Below the pieces are notes generated by a model that searched no databases, had not been told where the DNA came from, and saw nothing but the letters and a program-made list of their open reading frames with translations. DNA of 64,000 nt. Origin: Podarcis melisellensis. Its lineage: Eukaryota. Below, one piece after another: positions 1-10,662 of the stretch (position 1 is its first letter; the number at the start of each line of letters is the position of its first letter). Location: assembly GCA_964234715.1 (NCBI GenBank), contig OZ174282.1; one strand, written 5' to 3'. The position numbers and the translations under genes were made by a program.

Positions 1-71
1 CCATTGAGGACGCTGGCAGCAAGCTCCCTTGCAACTGCGGGGCCAAGCGCTGCCGCCGTTTTCTCAACTGA
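1..71 (+). CDS. KMT2B: Histone H3K4 methyltransferase KMT2B, end of last exon (post-SET domain)
   Basis: Frame from base 3 reads IEDAGSKLPCNCGAKRCRRFLN*, the MLL-family post-SET C-terminus; stop TGA at 69-71. The adjacent PSENEN/LIN37 favour KMT2B over KMT2A. Confidence 0.92.
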   Translation, partial: IEDAGSKLPCNCGAKRCRRFLN

Positions 72-673
72 GAGGCATTTTTTTGACCCGTGACCTGATT
101 CCTCAGCTCTGTACCTTTCTCCCAGCCTGGCGTCAGTGAGGGGGACACCAAGAGGCATGTCGGGAGCTTACCCACCTCACTGTAGCTTTCCAAGTGGGTT
201 GCTGCAGGACTGACTCGTCCCCTTAGTTCCCTGAGGCTTGGAAATGGCTCATCTCCCAGGAGCATCAGTGATGCCCGTTTTGTCTGGGAAGAGGGGATGC
301 TCTTGGCAGTGGACCTGTCTGTGGCTTGAAATTATGGCAAGCAGAGATATGGGGCAAGAGTGGGAAGGGTAGTCCTCCCTGGTTCCTTATCTGTGCCCGT
401 CTGCTTCGTAGACCTGATTTTCTTTCCCTCTCCCTTGTGGGGTGAGAACAACTTTTTCTTTAATTTTGTACTTCTAACTTTTGTGATTCTCTTTCCTTTC
501 CTGCTAAGGCTTTCTCTTTTAAAGTTAAAAAACAAAAAAAAAAACATCAAACCCAGGAGGATGTAAATATTTGTACAAATTTCTAAACCTGTTTATTTTC
601 TATGCACTTTTTTATTTAAGATGCTCAGTCAACTCAGACGGTAAAGGGTTGGATTCTTGTTGGTATAATTTTA

Positions 674-679
674 AATAAA
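674..679 (+). terminator. Probable KMT2B polyadenylation signal AATAAA
   Basis: AATAAA at the end of a U-rich 3' UTR, about 600 nt after the stop codon. Confidence 0.65.
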
Positions 680-1840
680 ACGCAATTTTGACACAAGACT
701 GTCACATGGCTTCCGTTGCAGCCTGAAGGAGGGGGCGGGGAGTGTGTTTGCGTGTAAACAACAAAGCCCATCCATCTGCAAATGGAGACAGCAACCATCT
801 AGTGATTTCATATCAAAACTCTTTGATTCCAAAATGCAAAGGCACTGGCTGTCTTACATGTTCCAGAGCTTTACATATGAGCTCCCCAAAAATATAGTGG
901 TGCACTGCCCGTGTTGATTATGCGTTTGTACTGCACACATTAATGGTGGAGTCCACATAGATCCATATCTAATGGCCTACTCCTTTCCAGAAGAGTGGCC
1001 AAGAAAATAAAAATAGAACCATTTATAGAGCCCCTTATGCGATTTGTTTGCTGAGTTCCCGTAGAAAGCACTTAGAACAGTCAGGTCGGGTACCTCCATC
1101 TCATTGGCTACCTCCCCATTTTGCCTGAGAGGCTCTTTTGTGCAGGCCACACCCACCCACCCAACACCTGACATATCTGACTTCAGGTGTGAGGGCAGGT
1201 AAGAGCAGGATTTCAAATGAAGAACTAGGAGCTTGGAGAAGTCCTTGCAACGTGGACTTCAAAGTGCAGCATCACCTGCCTGGACTGCCAGGGTTGAAGA
1301 GGGAAAGATCTGGCCCAGCAGCCAAAAATGTGCCCTACAGAGATTTGGGGGGGGGGGGTTCAAAGGCTGCTTTTCTAGATACTGGGTGTGGGACAGAGTT
1401 AAGTAGTTAAGGAACAGGCCCTGCCAATGTCTGATGCCTGGTGTGGCTGTGGGGTGGGGAATGAGGGTTACGCCCTAAAGAGGTCCCTCATAAGGAACTT
1501 AACTGTGAGGGTTTAGAAAATGATAATGTTACCTTAACCATACTTTGCTTGTAGTATAATTCATTCTCAAAATTATGATGCACCTTGCATCTAACGTGCG
1601 TCAATAAGGAGCAGGTGGCAAGTCTATGGGGAAGTGCACTTTACACATGCTCAGGAACATACTTCCTATCTGAAATCTGATTGTGAGGCAGAAGCAGGAG
1701 AAAAGCCAATAGGTGTTCAGGTTTCGCCTCCTCTTTGTTGGCAAAAACGTGGCATAGCAAGAAGCAGCTTTGGTCCTGCACAGCGTTTTACCTTTAAAAT
1801 CACAAAATACGGAAAGGAAGAGCTGCTCGTGTCACTATTT

Positions 1841-1853
1841 CGCCATCTGGTGG
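1841..1853 (-). promoter_or_regulatory. CTCF-like motif
   Basis: Reverse complement CCACCAGATGGCG fits the CTCF core; it lies between the KMT2B 3' end and the next promoter. Confidence 0.5.
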
Positions 1854-1870
1854 GTTGAGGCGGTAGGGCT

Positions 1871-2338
1871 TTGTTGTTGTTTAGTCGTGTCCGACTCTTC
1901 GTGACCCCCTGGACGAGAGCACACCAGGCACTCCTGTCTTGCACTGCCTCCCGCAGTTTGGTCAAACTCATGCTGGTAGCTTCGAGAACACTGTCCAACC
2001 ATCTCGTCCTCTGTCTTCCCCTTCTCCTTGTGCCCTCCATCTTTCCCAGCATCAGGGTCTTTTCCAGGGAGTCTTCTCTTCTCATGAGGTGGCCAAAGTA
2101 TTGGAGCCTCAGCTTCATGATCTGTCCTTCCAGTGAGCACTCAGGGCTGATTTCCTTAAGAATGGATAGGTTTGATCTTCTTGCAGTCCATGGGACTCTC
2201 AAGAGTCTCCTCCAGCACCATAATTCAAAAGCATCAATTTTTTGGCGATCAGCCTTCTTTATGGTCCAGCTCTCACTTCCATACATCACTACTGGGAAAA
2301 CCATGGCTTTAACTATACGGACCTTTGTTTGCAAGGTT
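1871..2338 (-). mobile_element. BovB (RTE-clade LINE), 5'-truncated 3' end
   Basis: ORF 1717..2334 reads KVRIVKAMVFPVVMYGSESWTIKKADRQKIDAFELWCWRRLLRVPW...GVTKSRTRLN, followed by a (CAA)n tail. Candidate TSD GGT[A/C]GGGCTTTG at 1862-1873 and 2339-2350. Confidence 0.93.
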
Positions 2339-2350
2339 GGTCGGGCTTTG

Positions 2351-2520
2351 AGGAACTACAACTCCCAGCAAGCTCTTGGCCCCTGCTCCCTATTATCCGC
2401 CGCAAATAAGTATATCCCAGCATGCGCTGCGGCAGGGCGTTGTTTTGAACCGTAGACTTAAAATGACAGACGCGTCGTGTCTGAATGCTGTGAGCTCGTC
2501 TTCGGAGGTCGGGATGCCGC
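2351..2520 (+). promoter_or_regulatory. CpG-rich promoter with ZNF143/SBS-type motifs, probably the PSENEN promoter
   Basis: ACTACAACTCCCAGCA at 2355-2370 and TCCCAGCATGCGCTGCG at 2415-2431, with local CpG enrichment upstream of the PSENEN exons. Confidence 0.55.
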
Positions 2521-2729
2521 AGCTTGCAAACTAGGGAAATTTAGGAATTGAGCAGGCTGCTGTCCCTCAAGCAAAAATGAGCAGCAGAGATGAGAGTTCG
2601 CGCTCTAATTAACTCAGGTCTTATTGTGTGTAGGGTTTTATATATATATATATATTAAAAAGTGAGCCTTAGGAAAAGCGCAATGCATCTGCATGCAGGT
2701 CCCTGGAGTTGAAAGTCCTGCTTTCAACG

Positions 2730-2929
2730 NNNNNNNNNNNNNNNNNNNNNNNNNNNNNNNNNNNNNNNNNNNNNNNNNNNNNNNNNNNNNNNNNNNNNNN
2801 NNNNNNNNNNNNNNNNNNNNNNNNNNNNNNNNNNNNNNNNNNNNNNNNNNNNNNNNNNNNNNNNNNNNNNNNNNNNNNNNNNNNNNNNNNNNNNNNNNNN
2901 NNNNNNNNNNNNNNNNNNNNNNNNNNNNN
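2730..2929. other. Assembly gap (200 N)
   Basis: Run of N; true length unknown. Confidence 0.99.
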
Positions 2930-3468
2930 AAGTAGGGGTGATCACATGAGCAGCCAGTCAACTATAGTTAAGAAGTAAAAGGGATGAAAAGAAAGATGGA
3001 TGATTAAATGGAGATGCAGCACACCTTGGGTTTATTATGAATTCCGTGGAATGCTAGGTTGGGAGGTCTGTATGTAAATATTCAGCGTGGAAGGAATGTG
3101 ATGTGCAAAAGGAAAAATGGAAGATGCATAAGTATTATATATATATCCACACAGTAACAGAATGATTCCTTAAAGTTGTTTTTTATTTTATTTAAAAAAG
3201 CACTATTTCACCCAGGTGCATAGAACTTGGGAATTTCTACTGCGGTAAGAACTGGTGTGTGTACATTTTGGTGGCTTATTAGAAATGTTATGTTTTTGCC
3301 AACTTGCTTAGACGGTAGGCAGCTGTTTTTTCAGTAGGCAAAGTGAACCTTTTGGAAAAATACAGACCTTTTTTTTTCATTTTTGCAGCCCCTTTTAAAA
3401 TAGGAAAGGTGAAGGGGTTTAAAAACACACACATATAAATGAGTCCTTTCTTTCCTTTGTTTCTCCAG

Positions 3469-3573
3469 GTGGCTTTGCTCTGCTGCCTTTCCTGTGGCTG
3501 GTGAACGTTTTCTGGTTTTTCCGAGAGGCCTTTCTGGTGCCGGCGTACACTGAGCAACTACAGATAAAGCGCT
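3469..3573 (+). CDS. PSENEN: Gamma-secretase subunit PEN-2, middle coding exon (105 nt)
   Basis: ttctccag|GT GGC TTT... encodes (G)[34 protein letters not shown], ending |gtgag. Confidence 0.95.
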
Positions 3574-3860
3574 GTGAGTTGTGGTGCAAATCCTAGGAAG
3601 TGGGAGGGCAGGGGGCAGGGCAGGTGTGAGATCCCTCCACATGTTGCTGAACTACAACTTCCATCAGTTCCAGCAAGTATGACCAGTGACCAAGAATGAT
3701 GGGAGTTATAGTTCAGCAACTTATGGAAGACCAAAGATTTCCCACTTCTGCGCTAGGAGGGGAGCCCAGGCCACCTATTTGGGCAGTGCCAGATAGCATA
3801 AGGATCTGTGCTTAAATGGAGGTGACTGTGGTCATGGTTTTCCATCTGTTTCCATCCCAG

Positions 3861-4000
3861 ATGTCCAGCGTTCAGCCATGGGGCTTCTTTTCTGGGTGAT
3901 CGTGCTCACCACGTGGATCAGCATCTTCCAGGCGCGCCGGGCAGAGTGGGGCGAGCTTGGCGACTACCTCTCCTTCACCATCCCCCTGGGCACTCCGTGA
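3861..4000 (+). CDS. PSENEN: PEN-2, last coding exon
   Basis: catcccag|AT GTC... encodes [46 protein letters not shown], including the diagnostic DYLSF motif. AATAAA at 4204-4209. Confidence 0.96.
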
Positions 4001-4487
4001 CCAATCCCTCCTCCCTTCATGTCACCAGCGTGGAGCTTTTAGGGTTGTATTTTTTTTTCAATGGACTCCCTGGGTGGCATGCTGCTCTCCCCTTTTATGG
4101 AACCAGTGTGGGATTGCGCCATGGTGAACTCCGGTGAGGCTGCCTCTCCTTGCAGAATCCTCTGTTCAGTATGCCCTGATCACAACCTGGGGCAGAGGTG
4201 ATTAATAAACCTGGGGTTGCCTACGTCTGCTTGCCCACAGTGTGGTGGTATTGGGAAGAAGTGAGAATGGGGATAGAACCATTAGAAGAGCCTGCCAGAT
4301 CAGGCCAGCAGCCCATCTAGTCTCTCTTAGGCATTGCATTAGCACTAATGGCTTGCCCGCAATTTTAAACATCTGTCCTCGGCTGCATAAAGCAGAGAGG
4401 CAGGGGTACAGTAGAAGGGCAAAATGAATTATTTCTCTGTGGACATTTGGGCTTTAAAAAAAACTATACATATCTAAACATATAGCA

Positions 4488-4600
4488 AAATAAAAAAATT
4501 CCTTCCAGTAGCACGTTAGAGACCAACTCAGTTTGTTATTGGTATTAGCTGTCATGTGCATGCACATTTCTTCAAATACCTCTTTAGTTACATGCCTGTA
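4488..4600 (-). mobile_element. Degenerate Penelope-like element fragment
   Basis: Homologous to the left arm at 40790-40877 (AATTCCTTCCAGTAGCAC..AGACCAACT..GTGCATGCACA.TTCTTCA.ATAC). Flanking repeat CTAAACATATAGCA at 4474-4487 and 4981-4994. Confidence 0.7.
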
Positions 4601-4610
4601 ACTAAACATA

Positions 4611-4968
4611 GGTAAAGGTAAAGGTACCCCTGCCCGTACGGGCCAGTCTTGACAGACTCTGGGGTTGTGCGCCCATCTCACTTAAGAGGCCAGGGGCCAG
4701 CGCTGTCCGGAGACACTTCCGGGTCACGTGGCCAGCGTGACATCGCTGCTCTGGCGAGCCAGAGCCGCACACGGAAACGCCGTTTACCTTCCCGCTGGTA
4801 AGCGGTCCCTATTTATCTACTTGCACCCGGAGGTGCTTTCGAACTGCTAGGTTGGCAGGCGCTGGGACCGAGCAGCGGGAGCGCACCCCGCCGCAGGGAT
4901 TCGAACCGCCGACCTTTGGATCGGCAAGCCCTAGGCGCTGAGGCTTTAACCCACAGCGCCACCTGCGT
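4611..4968 (-). mobile_element. Sauria SINE (subfamily with GGTACCCCTGCCCGTA end)
   Basis: tRNA-like head with B-box GGTTCGAATCC on the minus strand and an (ACCTTT)n tail. TSD TAACTAAACATA at 4599-4610 and 4978-4989. Confidence 0.9.
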
Positions 4969-5989
4969 ATATGTTTATAACTAAACATATAGCAGGATAT
5001 TCTTAGACTCAAGTGGTTGGCTGTCAGGGATTTATTCTTCCCAGAAAAACCTTCACTTTTCTGCCTCTTGTACAATACTAACAATTTCCTACTAGAAGAC
5101 ACCCTTTTGTGTGTGTTTGGTTTTTAAGTAAAATTACTGTGTTTAATTCAAAAGACGTGATTTCTGACTTAGCAAGTCTATCTAGTTAGATGATAATATA
5201 CTATGGGCCTTTCCCCCTACCTCAGACAAATTTCTTCAGCACACCCTTGTATAGCTAGGGACATCCCTTCGGTCGCAGTGGGGGCTGGTAGGTGAGACCC
5301 AAGTCAAATCACAATGTATCTCCTCCTGCCCCACTTCCATTTAGCAGTGGTGACCTCCCCCCCCCCCATTTTTTTATATGAATGCTGCTTTAGCAGTACC
5401 TCCTCCCTCCCTGCCTTGTCCCAGGAAAAAATCGGGCAGAGAACCTGGCCAGGTTGACAAGAAGCAGTGGGGCAGGAGCTGCCAGTGCCAGGCATGGGGT
5501 CCTCCAAGCGTGGAGCACAGGGCAGTCATCATTATTTGCCCTCGCCAGGGACCGCCCTGTTTCCAGACTCTTCGGTTCCCATCATTTCTGTTGTTTGCCA
5601 TGTTGGCTAGGCCAATGGAAAGTGAAACCTTATCAATGTCTGGAGGGTCACAGGTTCTTCATCCCTGTTGTAAAGCATGAAGCACCTAGGCAATCCAACC
5701 GTTTGATTCAAACCCAAAAGAGATGGAGGCTTTACGAGGTAGATGTCACGCTTTCTAAAGCCTGCTGTTTCCACATTACATCTTCCTGTGTATTCAGAAA
5801 CCTAAGAAAAGCAGCCAGAAAATTGCCAGAGAATCAACTTGGAAAACGACCAGGGTCGCACACAGTATTTGCATGAAGGGGATCACTGATAGACCTATAT
5901 CAGGATTTTTTTAAAAAACAACAACACTGTGTTCCTGTGTGCTCTCCATTATGTGTGACTTACTGTGCTACTTCTTGCATTAGGAACAT

Positions 5990-6357
5990 AGGAGGTGCTG
6001 TGGTCTAAACAACAGCCTCTTGGGCTTCCCAATTGGAAGGTTGGCAGTTCAAATCAGCGTGACAAACTCCCTTTGCTCTGTTCCAGCTTCTGTCAACCTA
6101 GCAGTTTGAAAGCATACCAACACAAGTAGATAAATAGGTACTGCTGTGGCGGGAAGTTAAATGGCGTTTCCATGCGCCCTGGCTTCCGTCATGGTGTTCC
6201 TTTGCACCAGAAGCAGTTTAGTCATGCTGGCCACATGACCTGGAAAGCTATCTGTGGACAAATGCCACCTCCCTCAGCCTGAAAGCGAGATGAGCGCCGC
6301 GACCCCACAGTTGCCTTTGACTGGACTTAAGCATCCAGGGGTCCTTTATCTTACCCT
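5990..6357 (+). mobile_element. Sauria SINE, diverged copy
   Basis: Aligns by eye to the copy at 10307-10663 (CAAGTAGATAAATAGGTAC, TTAGTCATGCTGGCCACATGACC). Confidence 0.85.
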
Positions 6358-6510
6358 TCTTGCATTGTTGTAGTCCAGCAACATTGGGAGGGCCATAGCT
6401 CCCCCATTCCTGTTAAGCTCTGTTGATTTCCATGAAAACTAAAGGGTGTGTGTGTGTTTTTACTACAATGATAGGATTTTTACATATATATATATATACA
6501 CACATACATA

Positions 6511-6679
6511 CCGTATTTTTTGCACCATAACACTCACTTTTTTCCTCCTAGAAAGTAAGGGGAAATGTCTGTGCGTGTTATGGAGGGAATGCCTACGGGT
6601 GGCATGCCTACGGATTTTCCTCCTCTAAAAACTACGTACGTGTTATGGTCGGGTGCGTGTTATAGAGCGAAAAATACGG
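6511..6679. mobile_element. Tc1/mariner-pogo-type MITE
   Basis: TIRs CCGTATTTTT...AAAATACGG flanked by TA; a related copy is at 50202-50485. Confidence 0.8.
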
Positions 6680-9675
6680 TATTTAGATTTCTTGCTGGGC
6701 TTACTTCTGCTCTCCTTTGCAATTGTTGCTGAACAGCAACATGTTTACTTGGAAGTAAATCCTATTGCGTTCAATGGGGCTTACTCCCCGAGTAAAAATG
6801 TCCTATCCAGCATGCAGCAAAGGGAGATGTAGCCCGACAGCGCATAACGTGCCACAGTTTCTCCCTCCCTGTTCTTTTAGGATGGCGACTTCAAGGGCCT
6901 CATTCTTCCTTTAATGAGCAGCCCCCAGCTGCCGCAGTTTAAGCCTGTGCTGTGTTCCCCCAGTGCAATATACAGTAGACACTGGAATAGATCAAGGTCT
7001 CCTGGCATGGAAGAAAAGTTGCATAGAGAGAAAAAGCTTCACTTGGAATCTGCATGCTGAGTTGCTGTTTTCAAGGGACAGGCGTGGGGCGATGAAAGGA
7101 GGAGGAAAGTTGGCTGCTGTCCTAGGAGAGCCTTTCTCCCACACCTCCGTCAGCTGATTGGGATGTAGGATGGTGTGATAAACAGTGGAGGAAACAATGA
7201 GCCCAATGTTTCTCTGAGCCGCTGCAGCTTGCTCTGCAATTTAAATGGTGTCATTCCAGCAGGCCGGATACAGTCTAGTGTCTCAGAAAGAGATGGGGGA
7301 TCCTCCCTGCTGGTTAGGCAGCCGTGCCCTGCTGTACCTTCTCCCTCCTGCGCAGGCTGGGTGGGGAAGGGGGCGTGAGCTGAAGGTCGGTGATGTCAGC
7401 GGAGCATGAAGTAGCCTACAGCAGGTGTTGGCCTGCCTTGTATGAGGTCACTATCTGGCCTTTTCCATTGTGCTAAGCGGAGGGGGGAGGCGCAGGTTTC
7501 CTTCCAGCCATGAACTCATTGCAGGTGTCCCCAACCTTTTTGGGGGGCAGGTCCAGGGGGGCACATATTTAAAAATCTGAGCGGAAACTTGTGGACATCA
7601 CAAAAGAACCATTTCACAAAAGGGAAATAGGCAGAATTTTGTACCCGCTGCCTCACATCAAGGACAACACAGGCATGAAAAGCAGGTGACTTTCCCCAGC
7701 AAAACAAAATGAAAAAGCCCCTCCAACCTCAATTTTACAAACCAAGGAGAGAATAAAAGGTTATGGGATGCCAATGGAGATTTCAGAAGGACTGTGTACA
7801 ACGTTGGGGACCTAAAGCTCACTGAATGTTAATTGCAACCAGTCTCCCAGAATGGCTTCTGCGTAGTTATTTTTTTAAGTACTCATTTTTCTAGGTGGAA
7901 GTAAACCTCTAGAAGCAATTCTGCAGAAGCTCTGGAGGACACATGGTTGTGCCTAGGACGGGCGTGAGGAACCTTTGTCCCTCCAGAGGTTGCTGAACTG
8001 CAGCTCCCATCGTCCATGGCCGCTGTCCGTGCTGGCTGGGGTTGATGGGAGTCGTAGGTCAGCAACACCTGGAAGGCCAAAAGTTTGATTTTGTTGGTTT
8101 CCAATATTTATATACCACCTGACAACAAAAGTCCTATGGGCAGACTTAAGTTAAAACCTTAAAACGTAAATGGCAGTAGGAAACAAAAATCTAACAGAAT
8201 AAAAGCAGCAATAGAGAATGGCATCCAGTACAACAAAAATAAAAAGCAGTAAAAATATATATTTACAACTGAAAATGCTATCAGTGAAGTGATTGTGTTA
8301 AAAAATAAGAAGCATTCTAGATATTACCTGTCAAATGTCATTTGACTGATAAGGCCATTGGGGTGGAACCATTCTAAGTTATCTGAACAAGTCCCACTGA
8401 AAATCCAACCCATTTACTACAAAATATAAACCAGCAGCAAGCTGGTGCAGTGATATTGTCTTGTTTATTGGTATTGTAATTAAAATAAAACTGTTAATAA
8501 ATATATTTTAAAAAATAAAATAAAACAGCAGCTCCAAATACTACAGCTTGTTCAGGCAATCTGTATCTAATTGACTAGTTTTAAATTCTTGGCCAAAGTA
8601 TGATTTGGTCAGACGCTACAAATAAAATCATCTTAAACAAAAAACAAAAAACCAGCAGCAAGCTGCAGTATGGCCATCTTGTTTGCTTCTTTCTCTTCTT
8701 TCCATGTTTTTTTGTTCTTATCATTGCTACTCTTTTTATTTTTCTTGGTTCCACCTGCTTTGTTATCTCTGGAGCTGCTGACACAAATATACCAACTATC
8801 AGGTGTGGCTAATGCACACCCACTGAGGCTGCACATCGCCCTCTTCCAAAGAAGCTTGTTGTTAAAAGTGGAGCGGAGATGCCACCCAAGGTGGGTGCAA
8901 ATGGATGGAGGTATCTCGTCTGACCTGAACTGGCAGCCTCTCTAGCTTTTCACTTCCTTTGCCTTCTTCATCTGATTGCTGGAGCTCCTCACCCCGTCTC
9001 CTTTTTTCCATTCCTTCCTTGAAACCTGCTCAGGGTTGCTTTGGCGTTGAAGGCTGTACATGCACAAAAGCACATTTCACTTTGGATTTAATTTACCTCC
9101 CTTTGACAAACCAATAGCTAATTCAGAGTGAAACCAGCGCTTCACAGATGAATCTGTATTTCTAAAATGGGAGGGATGGAGCAAACATACTGTTCTTGCA
9201 TCTGTATGTGAAACAGTAATGTACCACTTGGCCATGAAGTTCGTGTCCCAGGTATTCAAACCCTGGTCTCCCGGGTCCTAGACCCATCAGATGTGGGAAG
9301 TAGGGGCAGTTTACCTATGTTCACCTCTCTTTATTGGGAAGCAATTCCTGCTGTTTGAGGAGCTGGGATTTGGAAGTCATTTCAGTTCATCTTGTTACCG
9401 TCTGCCTATCTGCTGCATATACAACGTATACAACATACATTTAAAGCACGTGACATTTATAGCTCACCTTTCTCTCTTGAGGATCTCAAGGTGGCAAATG
9501 TACATGGTTCTCCCCCTCCTTGCTTAATTCCCACAACAGCCCTGTGCGGTAGGTTAGGCTGAGAGCCCCAAGGTCACCTACGAGCTACGTGGCCAAATGG
9601 GGATTCAAACCCTGGTCTCCCAAGTCCTAGACCAGCACTTTAACCACTGCACTACTTTGGCTCTGCCTCAGTCCT

Positions 9676-10047
9676 TGTCTTGCCAAATGCAAGGTGGTTC
9701 TTTAGGGGGGGGGGAATTCAGAGGCAATACAAAACACACGTGAGTGAGAAGATTTAAGAATTTATTCTAAACAGCAAGCAATATATACATACCAAGCAAG
9801 AACTTCAGTCTGCCACTTTCTTCAAACTATGCCCAACATCAAAAGAAGGTATCCAGCAATATCACTTCCTCCCAACAGATTAGGACTAGGAAATCAAAGG
9901 CTGTTCTCAGCCATCATGGTGCTTAACAAAAGATAGGGAAAAGGGAGGTACGGGGCAGGAAGAGGGAAACTGAGTTAGATCACTCGAAATACAAATATAT
10001 TCCAGAGAGATTGCCCATGCAGTCCTTTATCTACATAACATAAGACA
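9676..10047 (-). mobile_element. Putative solo LTR
   Basis: Termini TGTCTT...AAGACA, with AATAAA on the minus strand about 85 nt from the 3' end; no clean TSD. Confidence 0.35.
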
Positions 10048-10306
10048 AGTCAACCTGGATCAGACCAAGAATTCATCAAGAACCCTGGTTGGGGACCTCA
10101 GACCCAGGGCCATGTGTAGCACTCCAGACCTCTCTATATCTGGTCCTTGGGACTCTCACCAGGCCTTGCATCAGCCCACCAGCCCTGCTTTTCATCCTCC
10201 TAGCGTGTTTTTGTCTAGGGTGGATGGAATGTGCTTTTAAAGTTGGATAATGCCTCTTGCTTGTTTGAATACAGGCTAGAGTAGCACATGAGCATGTGGC
10301 GCTGTG

Positions 10307-10662
10307 GGGACGCATGTGGCGCTGTGGGTTAAACCACAGAGCCTAGGACTTGCTGGTCAGAAGGTTGGCGGTTCGAATCCCTGCGACGGGGTGAGCTCCC
10401 GTTGCTCGGTCCCTGCTCCTGCCAACCTAGCAGTTCGAAAGCACGTCAAAGTGCAAGTAGATAAATAGGTACCGCTACAGCGGAAAGGTAAACAGCGTTT
10501 CCGTGCGCTGCTCTGGTTCGCCAGAAACGGCTTAGTCATGCTGGCCACATGACCCGGAAGCTGTACGCCGGCTCCCTCGGCCAATAAAGCGAGATGAGCG
10601 CCGCAACCCCAGAGTCGGCCACGACTGGACCTAATGGTCAGGGGTCCCTCTACCTTTACCTT
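10307..10662 (+). mobile_element. Sauria SINE, full length
   Basis: GTGGCGCTGTGGGTTAAACC head, GGTTCGAATCC B-box and TACCTTTACCTTT tail, flanked by a 52-bp duplication. Confidence 0.92.

Noticed and set aside
1871-2455. 194-aa plus-strand ORF
   Set aside because: Antisense frame of the BovB fragment.
2638-2978. ORFs containing X runs
   Set aside because: Artefacts of the N gap.
5378-5876. 100-aa and 140-aa ORFs after PSENEN as possible IGFLR1 or U2AF1L4 exons
   Set aside because: No TNFR-like, death-domain, CCCH or RRM similarity that I could recognise, and no consistent exon chain.
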